Origin: Chlorokybus atmophyticus
Taxonomy: Eukaryota; Plantae; Mesostigma and Chlorokybus algae
Assembly: GCA_009103225.1 (NCBI GenBank)
Contig: RHPI01002503.1
Location: 811,585 to 875,584, forward strand
DNA: 64,000 nt
Direction: 5' to 3'
Shown: positions 27,301 through 40,099 of the stretch, piece after piece
Layout of the letters: each line of letters begins with the position of its first letter
Position numbering within the stretch: the first letter of the stretch is position 1
The notes under the pieces: model-generated
What the model saw: the letters and a program-made list of their open reading frames with translations, nothing else
Databases searched by the model: none
What the model was told of the DNA's origin: nothing
Position numbers and translations under genes: made by a program

Positions 27301-28132
27301 CTCGTCCACGACAGTGAAAGAGGCGATGCCTCCCAGAACAAGGTTTTTCAACGCCTCCGATCCTGTCGGCCCCGCGTTCAGCAAACAGACTTTTGCGGAC
27401 TCAAGCCTGGCCTGCCCATGCTCTCCCCATATCCTGCCCCCAGCATGTAATGGAATCACAATCGCGAGCAATGCCAGTCACAAGTAAACCAAAATGCTAC
27501 TGGACAACGACAGCAGGTAAACTCGCAACACAGTAATGGAGTGTGGCTGTACCTGCAGGACACAACAGCAGCAGGAGACACGCACAAAGTCATTGTGCAT
27601 GACTTGTTTGTCCGGACATCATGCGCCTTAACGACTATCCTGTACGACTTACACAAGAAACACTATACTACTCAGATGAGCAGCTACACCAGATCAACTG
27701 AGGTGTCATGATCACCACACATGGCACGCTGCGCTTGCACCATGCTTACAGCCAGAGCACTGCCTGTCCTTGCATTTGTCGCAGATTGGTGCTTGGTTTA
27801 GTTGCTGACTAGGAGCTATCAACCACTCCTGCTTACTTGTACGTGGACAACATGTTTGGACAGCAACAAACTAGCATGCACTTGAAGCGACAGAACCAAA
27901 GCACTGAGACGGAGACTGGTGCTTTACAGAAGAAGTTTACAGCGCAAAGCAAGCAAATAGTCATGAGTTGATGGCAGCATGCTGCCTACAGAACGCTACA
28001 CTGCTGTAGTGCTGCCATGCAGTTGCACAGCAGCAGCGCGCTCATGCTTGCTGGTCCGTGTGCGCCTCTGTGAGTGCAAGCTTACCGCAGCTGCCGGTCA
28101 TACTTCTGCACCTTGGGCGCTGCCGCCACCAT
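24309..28132 (-). CDS. NAE1: NEDD8/RUB-activating enzyme E1 regulatory subunit (NAE1/APPBP1/AXR1 homolog)
   Basis: [16 protein letters not shown]|[43 protein letters not shown]..; [14 protein letters not shown]; [27 protein letters not shown]|VITGQFVP..; TGA at 24309-24311. N gap at 26015-26382. Confidence 0.95.
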
Positions 28133-28425
28133 GACGCCGCCGACCTCTACAACCAAAAAGACACCACCGACCACTACCACCTCCCCAACCACCGCAACCA
28201 CAACAACAACAACGACAACGTTGACTTGCTCACAGCTTGCACCTACTTTGTCGTCGTGAGCGGCGGAGGCGGAGGCGGAGGCGGAGGCGGCGGAGGAGTC
28301 GGGGGAAGTAGAAGGCCTAGAGTCCGCTGGCGTTCAGGGCCGTCGCCGCCGCCGCAGCTGCCCGACTGTCATTGCTTGCGCCTCGCCGCAGTAGTTGGCC
28401 CGTTGAGCTGAGAGCGTTGTCCTCC

Positions 28426-31400
28426 ATGGCGGGCGGGGCAGCTGTTGCGGACAGGCCGGCGGAGGCCATGCTTGCTGGTAAGACTTCAGCACATATACGC
28501 ATTGAGTCCAAACCATTGTGCACGTGGTTAGGCTAATTGTAGAATCAGTTTGTTGCAATGCACCGGTGGTTCGCACCGGTTTGAGCAGCGGTACTTTGTG
28601 ACACTTACAAGCTTATGGCAAGCAATCCCTTGGAAAGTTAATGGGTTGCATGTGCTTATATTCGCAAAAACCGCACTCACCAATGCAAGCATATATGATT
28701 GCACCCGCCACACAAGCTTTTGCAAAGCAGGGAGCAAGGTGACTTGTAGAACTCACAGCTGTTGTATGATGGTACAGAGCCCAAGTCCTCTACGGCACGC
28801 AAGCTGTCGGATCTGAAAGCGCCTGTGCCCAGCGACATCGACATCGCGCAGAGCGTGGCACCCCTCCGCATTGCGGACATCGCTGCTGCTTCCGGCCTGC
28901 TGCCGGAGGAGCTCGACCTGTATGGCAACTTCAAGGCCAAGGTTGGACACTGGTGATGGTTGTTCTAAAACTTCCGTAACACAATGCATGCATTCTGCAT
29001 GCTGTAACTCCTACTTGCTCGCGTTTACATGGCGTGTTGGTAGTTGCAGTGCATCAACGGTCATGCTTGTTCTGATCATCCTCAAAGCATGGGGATCACA
29101 GTGAATGCGTGTGATGGGCCTGACGACTGTTCACTCTTTGCAGGTGCACTTGTCTGTGCGTGAAAGGTTAGCAACTCAACCCAATGGATATTATGTTGTC
29201 GTAGCAGGTACGGGCACCAGCACCAGATAGCACACACAGCTTGCCTAGAACTTGTAGACACAAGTGCAGACGCATGCACGCATATGGGTTAACTCTTGTC
29301 AGCCATGATGGCATGACACCTGCAGTCTCAACTACACATGGTATAAGCTGATGCAGTATGACCTCGCGCGACAGGTGTGACACCCACTCCCCTGGGTGAA
29401 GGCAAGAGCACAACAACAGTCGGCCTCTGTCAGGCTCTTGGTGCACACTTGAATCGCAAGGTATGCAGTCAGTTGTGAGGCATTGAAGCATACACAGTGA
29501 AAAAAAGGCATTGTTGACAACTGAGGCATCTCCCTGCAGGTTGTCACTTGCATCCGACAGCCCAGTCAAGGCCCAACATTCGGCATCAAGGTGGGCATCT
29601 CGTGTGTGAAATAGACAACTGTTGACAGTGGCAATGCTTTTTGTTTGTTGGCTGGCTATGCATATGAACCCAATAACCATAACGACTGTCTTGATTGTAC
29701 CGTAAAGATTATTGCACTGACACATCTCTGTTTGTCATCCAGGGTGGTGCTGCTGGAGGAGGTTACAGCCAGGTGTGCAATTGATACAGCATGCAAAGGA
29801 CTGTTTGTTATTGGGATTGTTTGCTCTTTCAGCAACTCTCGGGGGCGTGCGGTAGGTCAGGTCATCCCAATGGAGGAGATGAACCTGCACATGACGGGCG
29901 ATATCCACGCCATCACTGCCGCGAACAACCTTTTGGCGGCAGCCATTGATGCGCGAATGTTCCATGAGGCCACGCAGAAAGACGAGGCCCTCTACAACCG
30001 CCTTGTCCCGGCCGGCAAGGACAAACGACGGCGCTTCGCACCTGTCATGCTCAAGCGGCTGCAAAAGCTCCGCATCTCAAAGACCGACCCTGACGAGCTC
30101 ACTCCAGAAGGCTAGTCACGCGTGTCCCACCTTCAATGCAATGTTGTTGGTTTGATGTACATTGCATTGTGGTGCGTAGACCTGCATGTGTGCACCTGTG
30201 CCTATACCGCACACACCTGCAGCTTGAATTAACCTACACTGCACAGATTCTGTGCTTGATGGTTGTGTTGATGCAGAGCGTGCCTCCTTTGCGCGGCTTG
30301 ACATCGACCCAGCCACCATCACGTGGCGCCGTGTGCTGGACACGAATGATCGCTTCCTGCGCATGATCACAGTCGGGCGCGGTCCCCAGGAGAAAGGACA
30401 TGAGCGCGAGACCGGCTTTGACATCGCTGTCTCAAGCGAAATCATGGCTGTCCTGGCCCTCGCGACCTCCCTGGCGGACATGAGGGAACGCCTTGGTAAG
30501 CAATCTGTTTTGCTGCCTGCATGCGCTGACTCCACGGACTTGTCATGGAGTTGGATGCGAAAGATGGGGCTTTGTTCCCGTGGGTTACATGGTTCCATCA
30601 TGTAGTGTGTTTGTTGGTGAAACAACACTTGCCAATCCCCCCCCNACTGGTTTGGAGCTTAGAATAGCCTTGGTCTTCGCACCAGTTAGGTTTGGGCTAC
30701 ATGTACTATATAAGTATGCTTGCACTTCCTTATTGAGCTTGTTGCTGCGTTTTACATTTGTGTTCACGTGTGTTTCACACTTAGTCCTAGCTTTACACAT
30801 AGTAGTGCTTCAAGTCTAAGTGTGTGAGTGCTTGAGTCCGCATTTCTCAAGCCTTATCTACTTAGATTGTTAACACACGCTCTGTTGGTCGTAAGATTGA
30901 ACTCAAGCAAGCATTCAACAGCATGAGGAAGCTGAGTTTAGAAACAGATACAGAGTATATAGGACGTGCACAACAGCTCAGGAATGATTTGACCTTTATA
31001 GGAGAGACTGTCTCAGAGGATGATCTGTGTCTGGATGTGCTGTCCGGGTTGCCCAGAGAGTATGAAGTTGTGGTCATCACGCTGGAAGGAAGGAGTGCAT
31101 CATCAAGGTTGAAACTGAGTGAGATTGCCTGTGCTGCTGAAGACAGAGTTTAAAATCAGGAACAACCCCCCCCCCTCTACATGCTCTTTTGGGTGCTTTC
31201 AACCAGGCAACATGGTGGTAGCTAGCAGCCGTAGTGGAGCACCTGTAACGGCGGATGACATTGGAGTGGGCGGTGCGCTGACTGTCCTCATGAAGGATGC
31301 CATCATGCCCACCCTGATGCAGGTAAGTGAGACAGCTTCCTGTGTCTTGACTGTGGTGCCACCTGCCTTGTAAACTTGATGTCCACTGTGATGCAGACCC

Positions 31401-33048
31401 TTGAGGGCACACCCGTGCTGGTTCATGCGGGACCCTTCGCCAACATAGCGCATGGAAACTCGTCCATTGTTGCGGACCAGATTGCACTGAAGCTCGTCGG
31501 CTATGATGGCCTTGTCATCACAGAGGCAGGGTAATAATGCCATTCCAGTATGCATGCATGTCATCACAAGCGCATGTATGCGCTCTAAACACTGCAACTT
31601 GCCTTTATTGCAGCTTCGGGTCTGATATTGGAATGGAGAAGTTCATGAACATCAAGTGCCGCGCAAGCGGCCTGGTTCCGGACTGTGCTGTAGTGGTTGC
31701 TACAGTGCGAGCACTCAAGATGCATGGTGGTGGACCCGCTGTTGTAGCTGGCAGGTAACCGCTGCGGTAGAAGTGCGTTACAGTGACAGCAGACCACGTT
31801 TGATGTCACATGTTCTGCTTTGTGTACTTGGACAATCGACACGTTTGTGCGCTGTGATGTCGCAACATCATGCAATCACGCATTGCAGCCATGAAACTGG
31901 TGCGCACGCCATGTAAGAGTATGAGTGTATGCAGCTGCACCCAGCCTAATGCTATTTTGCCTTTAGGCCCCTTGACCAGGAGTACACCAAAGAGAACATA
32001 GAGCTCGTCCGCGGTGGCTGCGCCAATCTTGCCAAGCATGTGCGCAATGCCAGGCGGTACGGCGTGGCCGTAGTTGTCGCTATCAACAAATTTGCTTCTG
32101 ATGCCGATGCTGAGCTCGAGGTGAGAAAACTTGTAGCAAGATTGGTGCAAGTGGCTTGAGTTATGACACCACTTGAGCCTTGCGTGATGTATGCGTTCAG
32201 GTCGTCAGGCAGGAAGCTCTGGCAGCAGGAGCAGATGATGCGGTCATCTGTGAGCACCATGCCAAGGGTGGAGCAGGCGCGGTAATATGTGTTTGTGTGA
32301 CTCGTGAGAGCGCACAAAGTTATGCACAAGCACATGCCTGCATACCCGGACTCGTGCGTGCGGCTGCATGCTGGATATCATTCTTGCATGTCTGCACTGT
32401 GTGCAATCACAAGGTGCCTTGGGTGCAATTGCGTCTCAATGTGTGCATGTTGACAGGTGGAGCTGGGGCGTGCGGTGGTCAAGGCCTGTGAAGCCAAACG
32501 CCAAAACAACACACCATTCGAACTTCTGTACCCTCTGGATCTCCCTATCAAAGCGAAGATTGAGATTATTGCCAAGGAAGTGTACGGCGCTGACGGTGTA
32601 GAATACCAAGAGGAGGTGAAGAGGAATGGGACACACGCTTACTTTTGTGTGCACCTGCAAGTGAGCAACCACTGCAACTTATACCATACTTATACTGCTT
32701 ACAGGCGGAGAAGCGCATTGAGCTCTTCACGCAGCAAGGCTTTGCCAGCCTGCCGATCTGTATGGCCAAGACCCAGTACTCGTTCTCTCACGACCCCGCT
32801 GCCAAGGGCGTACCTACAGGTGAGACATCTGCAAACCCAGACTCCAGAAGAAGATACCCTTAGATACTGATTGATCCTCTTTCCCAGGGTTTGTGCTGCC
32901 AATCCGTGATGTGCGCGCGAGCGTCGGTGCCGGCTTCATCTACCCTCTGGTGGGTGAGATGAGCACGATGCCAGGCCTGCCCACGCGGCCCTGCTTCTTC
33001 GACATTGACATTGATATGGAGACGGGCCGCATTCTTGGGCTTTCATAA
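28426..33048 (+). CDS. FTHFS: Formate--tetrahydrofolate ligase (10-formyl-THF synthetase)
   Basis: [10 protein letters not shown]; [11 protein letters not shown] (P-loop); [47 protein letters not shown]; [14 protein letters not shown]; [14 protein letters not shown]; [20 protein letters not shown] (TAA 33046-33048). Confidence 0.97.
30612..31151 (+). mobile_element. Ty1/Copia remnant (LTR-like segment plus UBN2-type gag fragment) in an FTHFS intron
   Basis: Lies in intron 30496-31206. TGTTGG..TTAACA (30612-30875) is followed by [59 protein letters not shown], typical of Copia gag. Confidence 0.8.
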
Positions 33049-33576
33049 ATCCCGAGGACACTGGATGTTTGCAAAATCCAGACCACAAGAGCAACGAATT
33101 GGGGACTGCAAGAGTCATGCTGTTAACTGGATAACGCACACAGGAGCTTAACTGACTCCGTTACAACGCTGGTACCATTTTCCTCAACTCAAGTTACATA
33201 TCTGCGTTGGTAGGTGCCTGCCACTGATGTTAGGTAGCGAGATAGTCTGGCCATCCAAATTTGTGTACCACACTGTACGGCCAATGTCACACAGTCAACA
33301 TATTGACAACATTCAGGCAAGCAACAACCCTTCGCGCTGTTTGCTTGGCTGCAGAACTGGTTGACGAATTGTTTGTGGCATATGGCGTGTGTTCTTCCAT
33401 GAGCCTCCCTGTGAGTTGTCTGTGTTAACATAAATGCCAAGCTTCACTACCAAGGATGTGCACAAGCATCAACTCAGCCACTAAGGGTTTCAACAGTATT
33501 TCTCAATGTATACATGACAATATCTGCAGAGGAACCACAACACGCGCGCGAAGAATTGTCTAAGCTCGACAGTTTC

Positions 33577-34108
33577 TCAGCTGCCTCGCTGTGCTTGCTG
33601 CTGGTTTCACACACAAGCAATGTTAGCTTTTGGAAGCCACGGCTGCACACACATGCATACATGCAAGCGCAATCGCGCAGATGCGGCAGCACCCACACAC
33701 TCACCTCGCGGTGTTCCCGAAGCCATGAGTGGATCTTATCCCACGTCTGCTGCTGCCTCGCGTCTCGCTCCCGCTGGCTGGCCTCCTCACACGCGGCCTG
33801 CTGCCACGCAACCAACGCCCGCGCCAACTTGGACCTAGGCAAGACGTCAATCACCTTCACCATGCGCGCAATCGCAATAGTGCGATTATGCGTGTCTCAC
33901 CTTTGCATGCGCTCGCGTACGCGTGCCAACATCTCAGACTCCCACAGCCTTACGGCCCGAGCTTCCTCCTGCGCCCACTGTTGCCATGCACTCACGGCAC
34001 CCGCTAACGTGCTCCGCCGCCTCCTCTCTGCAAACACCTCTATAATGCTCCGCTCATAACGCATCACCTGAGACAGGGAGAGCGCGTGGCTTTTCAGTTA
34101 CAACCACG

Positions 34109-34162
<54 letters not shown>

Positions 34163-37100
34163 TTGTTGCTGAAGTTTGTTTGCAAGCAGCTCAAACTACC
34201 TCGGACCATGCGCGTATGGTTTGCTTTGTCCGCGCGTGACGGGCATGTCGTACAGCCTCAAGATATGTCATCCATGCCCGCAACACCCTTTGAGTAAGGG
34301 TCTTGTTGCGCGCACGCTTCACAGCACCCAACTTGTCCACCTGCACCACAACTCTGGCAGAGAGCCAACCACACTCATTTTGGTAACAGTTCGACCAACC
34401 ACTCGCACCCACGCAAACTTGCGCGTGTATGTACTCGTGCACGCGCGTGCGTTTGTGTACACACGGTACTCACCTTCTCCACCTGCCTTTCATTGCTTGC
34501 TGCCTGAGCCCCTCCCACGCCTTTCCGCACATCATCTTGTTCCTGTATTTGCGCGCGCGTCGCCAGCTGTCGCGCGCGACGCGTACGATTGCTCGCCACG
34601 GGCGCCAGCCGGACAGCACGAGGGCGCGATGACGATGCATCTGCGCCAGGCAGACAAGCTGCTCGGATAAGGCTCGCGCGCGAGCCTGCGCCTCCTCCGC
34701 CTGGTCGGAGGGTTGCATTTATTGTTGTTGCTGCTGCTGTGCATATGTATGTGTCTATGTATCATATGTGCGTAGCTGTTGACTTCCGTAAATGTGTGCG
34801 CATGCACGTGCACGTGCTCACCTGGATACGAGTTTGCTCCCGCCGTTGGCGTTCGGCGCGGCGGCGGGTCTGTTCCTCTGTCTTCGCGAGCTGTTGTTGC
34901 AGGGCCAACTCCTCCTGTACGAGGGATAAAAGGTCTCAAGATGGTATGACACACAACGACGATGATGTTAATGATAACTGTGCTGATTAGCTGTAGCCAA
35001 CTTGATCATATCGTGTTGTGTAACACCAGCACCTCGCGCCGTCGCGCTTCTTCTATCCGGCGAGCTTCGCGCTCTGCTCTCCTCTCCTGCCACGTGAGCT
35101 GCCGAGGCTCTGACTCCAGCTGCTGCTGCTGCTGCTGCTGCAGTTGTCGCTGCTGTTGCTGCTGTTGTTGCTGTTGTTGTTGCTGTTGTTGCTGCTCCTG
35201 AAGTAGTTGTTGATGCTGCTGTCGCTGCTGCTCCTGCTCTTGCTGCTGTTGTTGATGCTTGTCTTGATGCTTCTGCTGCTGATGCTCCTCCTCGCGCTGT
35301 TGCTCTCCCTGTTCCTTCACATCCGCCAAGGCCACAACAGAAGCAGGAGCAAGCACACCCTCACCCTCACCACCACCACCAACTCCCCCTCCCTCCCCTC
35401 CTACAGCCCTTTGCTCGCGCGCGGGGCCACGCCCCAACACTCTGCCCACAACAGCAGCGCCTCGGGACTTGACAGGGTTGGGAGCCGCGGCGTGCAGCAG
35501 TCTCGCTTGACCTGGGCAGAGGGGAGATAACAACAAGTGAGGAATGTTGTCTCACAGAGGGTTTGATGTGGGTTTAATGTGTGAGAGGTATGTTGAGTAT
35601 GTGCTTACGTGAGCCGTGAGCGTATGCGGCCCAGCGCGCGAGGCACCTACGCAGCAGCTTGCCGCGCCACACGAGGGATGCCGCCTCCATGCACAACCGC
35701 AACCTGCAAGAGGAGGTTGCTTTCACACACGCAACAACAACAACAAGCACAACAACAATGTTGGTCCACTCACCGCAGTGAGCGGCACTCCAGTATAAGC
35801 GTCCACCACGCCGTCCATGCCCGCTGCATGGCCTTCAAGCTCCAATGTCTCTGCACAGAGGGTACCACTCATTCAGCCATGCGTCTTGACCTCCACACAG
35901 CCACAATCTCATACGTTAGCCCGTGACATCATGCGCGCGTTGAGGACGGCGTGCGTGCGCACGGCGTCGAAGCTGACACGCTTGCGAGTGCGGGCGAAGT
36001 GCGCATCAGCATGCTGCACAAGCTCCCTCTCCTGAAACAAACAGCAAGCCTCAAGGCTTCACCAGGTGTGGTTGGCACCTTTCACTCGCATGTTGTGTCT
36101 GTCCTGAAATGTGTTCACCTTATGCTTCTGCGCTGAAGCGGACTCTTCTCTCGCCTTCTTCAACGCCTCCTCTCTGCAGATACAAAACGTATATAACACA
36201 AATGCACAAGTAGCGGCGGTGGTGTGGGTGGTTGTTTCAAAATATCTTCACAAGTTCTCTCACTCTATCAACCGCTGTTTCTCCTCCGCAGCACGTTGGG
36301 CTCTCTCCTCCTCCTCTCTCACCTCCCTCTCCCGCTCGGCTTTCTCCTTCGCCTTCGCTCGCTTCTCCTCACTCTGCATATATAACACTCTGGCATACGT
36401 GTGTTGTTCTTGCACCAATGACTGACAACAACAACAACAACACACACGCACACATACTCACACGTTGTATGTCGCTTCTCAGTGCTGCAATTGCAGCCTC
36501 CACGCGCTCGCGCTCGCGCGCGGACTTGGAGGGCACTTGCTTCGGCGTTGGCTTTGGCAACTTGTGTCTTGTTAATGTTGTGGCTTTGTTGGCTGTCCAG
36601 CTGGCAACGTGACGACGTGCCTCGTCAGGAAGAGAAAGCATCTCCGTGTCAGGGTCCAAAAGCAAACTCATGAACTCCCGTGTGACCTGCAATGCAGAGT
36701 TGTTGATGTAGTAGTAGTCGTCGTCGTCGTCGTCGTCGTAGTAGTAGTAGTTATATCATTGTTGCATGTCCCTTACCTCACGAGGGTCGCTTGCGGGTGC
36801 AAGACCGAAGGCCATCAGCTGCGGGTCAGGACCCGGATCCACATTCAAATCCAGACCCGGATCAGGTAGTTCCAAACCCGAGTAGGGTCCCTCCATCACC
36901 ATTAACCCCACATCCAGTTCCAGGTCCAGGTCCAAACTTGGAACCGGATCCGCCTCCTCCAAGCAAGCATCCCACCTCACACTCTTCTTCTTGACAACTT
37001 GTTCGTGGTCCTCAACATGCCCTCCATTACTTGAGCGCAGGTCCCGAAGGGCCCTCAGGACCTCTGGGTCCAGGTCCAGCTCCGCGCTGCGGCGGGACCA

Positions 37101-37430
37101 GGACTCGCGCGTGGCCCAGTCGGGAGGGGAGTCTGAGGTGAGATGGGGATTAAAGGTGAGGTGGGGAGTGAGGGTGCCAGGTGCGAAGAGGGAGCTTGCG
37201 CGCGTTCGGAGTTGCCTTTGGGAAGTGTTGAGTTAAGGTTTTGTTTGAAGCGAGGATGTAGATAGTGGTGTGTACACATCACACAGGCGTGCGCGCAGGA
37301 ACAATACACACGCACAAGCACCCGTGCTTGCGCAAGCGCACGCACGCACGCACACACATACACACACACACACACTTGCACGCACGTGCGCATGCACGCA
37401 TGCACCCGCGCGTTGATGTTGGCGTGCACT
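33577..37430 (-). CDS. Coiled-coil protein with SFI1-like Trp-spaced repeats (CCDC191/SFI1-like); boundaries approximate
   Basis: Multi-exon, E/R/K-rich coils, a polyQ tract (35120-35300), and C-terminal repeats LTQRVLRAWMTY, TIRAWSEV, LSGWRPWRAI, MCGKAWEGL, KLARALVAWQQ, WDKIHSWL. Confidence 0.6.
34110..34162. repeat. (CAA)n microsatellite (intronic)
   Basis: Seen directly in the sequence. Confidence 0.95.
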
Positions 37431-38316
37431 CATGTCTCAAGGATACTGCCATTGGGACGGTGCAGCAAACTCAGCATCGCCCGCTGTTTTAACTGCAGGT
37501 GACGACCAGGTGTCGCAATCATCGCTCTTTTCATACGCTGATGACGCCGGTTTTAGATCTTGCAGCAGCCGTTGCGCTATGTAGGCACAAGACAGTTTAG
37601 GGGCAATAAACACATCACCTCACCTCTCTCTGGGGTTAATGTATGCTGCTTCCAACATGTTTTGCTCGCACCTTGCAAGAAGGGGTCTGCGCTGTCATTG
37701 AATGCGGCCATCATTATGGTTTAAACCTTTTATGGCCATCAGTCAATACTTAGACGCTGTATCCCTTGCTTGTGTTCCATCTGAAATACAACAAATAGAG
37801 GGGGTTGATATGATGCTGTTGCAATGCATGCGCGTCATCACAACAACACTTGCGTTGTGATGCCACTACCTTTGCACTGATTGAATAAGAATCGGTACAG
37901 CAAAGACAAAGCATGCGTAGTGCAAACCAGCGGGTGTTTTTTAACACGCAGATTAGACGCAAGTGAAACAGGTTGAGAGCGCTCACAATCCCAGGAGAAG
38001 GCACAGCCATTGCGCACCCTGTGTCAAGTGTGTCAACAGATTGACAGAGGACTGTGACTTAGCGACAACTTCCGCCTGTGCTAAACCATGACAAGCATGC
38101 CGCCGCCGCCGCCGCCACCGCCGCCTGGCCTACGTGGCAAGCCCCGCGAGCAACGGGCATTAAGTCACGTGCGCCGAACACGATTGCTCGACGTGGTCTC
38201 GATGTTGTGCGATTGTGGACTATTCAACCCTAATCCACATTAGGGTGAGAGCGACGGAGGGTTTAGTGATGACTTGGGCTTAGGTGGCAGCTTGGGTTTA
38301 GGCGGCGGCGGCAGCG

Positions 38317-39791
38317 ATGGCGGAGGTAGCGGCGGAGGTGAATGCAGAGGTGCCGTCGACGTCTGGCCAGAAGTCTGGCCAGGAGTCTCTGGCGGAGTTG
38401 ACGCTGAGGGTTTACGAGAACGAGGGTGATCTGCCTGTGATCATGGCGCTGGTGGGACGGGAGCTGTCGGAGCCTTACTCTATATTCACGTACCGATACT
38501 TCATCCATAACTGGCCCCACCTCTGCTGGCTGGTGGGAACACACATAAGGCTTGTGTGCGTTTGGTTGTGTGCAGGTGTGTGGTTTCTTTGCGTTTGCTC
38601 AGTCTACGCGTGTTGAACGACTTGTAGTCACGCATGCATTGTGATTGATATGTTGTAATGCTAGTCAATACTAGTTGGAAACCGAGCGGTTCATTGTATG
38701 CGCAAGCCGTACACTAGTTGTGCATGCAACTGCATGTATGCGCATGATTCAAGAGCTATACAACACGCTCACACACGCAACCGCACAATGTCGTCTTGCA
38801 GAGTTATGCATCATCTTACATCGCAAGGTGCGTATTGCATTGTGAGCGTGAGCATAGCACTGCGTGAGAAGATGTGGTTGGTGTTACCTCATGCAGGGCA
38901 CCAACGCTTTGGGCGAGTGCGTGGCAGCGATCGTGTGCAAGGCCGACGACCACAGAGGCGTGTTGCGCGGGTACATCGCCATGCTTGTAGTCGACAAGCC
39001 GTACCGCAAAGGCGGTCTTGGTAGGTGGATAACATCGACTGAAAGGTGTGTTTGCTTTGTGCTATACGCGTGCTGTAGCTGACATGGCTTGTGCATGAAG
39101 GGACGAAGCTGGTAATCAGATGCATTGAAGCTATGCGAGACAATGGCTGCACAGAGGTAATGAGGGGGCACGCACAGATCGTGTGGGATGCTTTCAGCAC
39201 TGGTCTTATGCACCGCGAGTTGCGCAGCGTATAGTGTAGCCAATCAGTGCAATGATGTGTACTCAATGTTATCAGCCGACCAGCGCAAATATGCAAATGT
39301 ACCAGTACACCAGTTCACTGTGCAGTCCAGTGTCCTTACCATAGCTGGTGATACTGGCATACCAGTGCAGTGTACTAGTGTAGTGATATACCAGTACAGT
39401 GTACCAGTATGCTGGCAGGCTGCTCCTGTGGCATGATTATGCTATTGGAAACAGTGGCAGGGTATTAACAGCCAGCTTCGTCACAAATTCACCTACATGT
39501 TGTGTCTCGCAGGTGGTGCTGGAGGCGGAGACGAGCAACGCGGGCGCCCTAGCGCTGTACGAGAACCTGGGCTTCGTGCGCGACAAGCGCCTGCACCGCT
39601 ACTACCTCAATGGTGCCGACGCCTTCCGCCTCAAGCTTCGCCTCCCTTACAGCGGCGACGTTATCGACACGGAGTTCCTCGAGGACGTGGCTGGCACTGT
39701 TGACGCCATTGCCATAGTTCAAAATGAGACCCTGGTCGCTGAAGCGGAAGAACGAAAACTGCGGGAGCTGGAATGGGACACCCTGCGATAG
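38317..39791 (+). CDS. NAA30: NatC N-alpha-acetyltransferase catalytic subunit (NAA30/MAK3)
   Basis: [22 protein letters not shown]; [31 protein letters not shown]; [43 protein letters not shown]; 4 exons; TAG at 39789-39791. Confidence 0.95.
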
Positions 39792-40099
39792 CAGGAGTAC
39801 AACGTTGTGTTGCTGTGAAGGTTACAGTGCAGCTAATTATAAGCTAGGCACTATATGCTCATTACCCAAAGCCGTTATATAGTGTAGCCCACGCGCGCAC
39901 ACGCATGCACATCACACAGCATTGGTAGGGCCACCTTATTGCACGCTGGACACATGTCATTGTACAGATTAGTACAACCTCGGGTTGTACCTAGTTCCGA
40001 ACTGTGAATGTGTGCACATTTGCTCTACCGCTGTGTCCCTCACTTCTGCACAACATTCTCTCCAGTACGCATGCAGCAAACTCTTCCCCCTCGCTACCC

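Noticed and set aside
12255-39791. Possible TAG/TAA-to-Gln reassignment (in-frame TAG at 12255; NAA30 TAG followed by an open frame to TGA)
   Set aside because: FTHFS ends with TAA exactly at its conserved C-terminus, the copper ATPase ends with TAA and the Deg protease with TAG, and no conserved gene contains internal TAR codons. The standard code fits.
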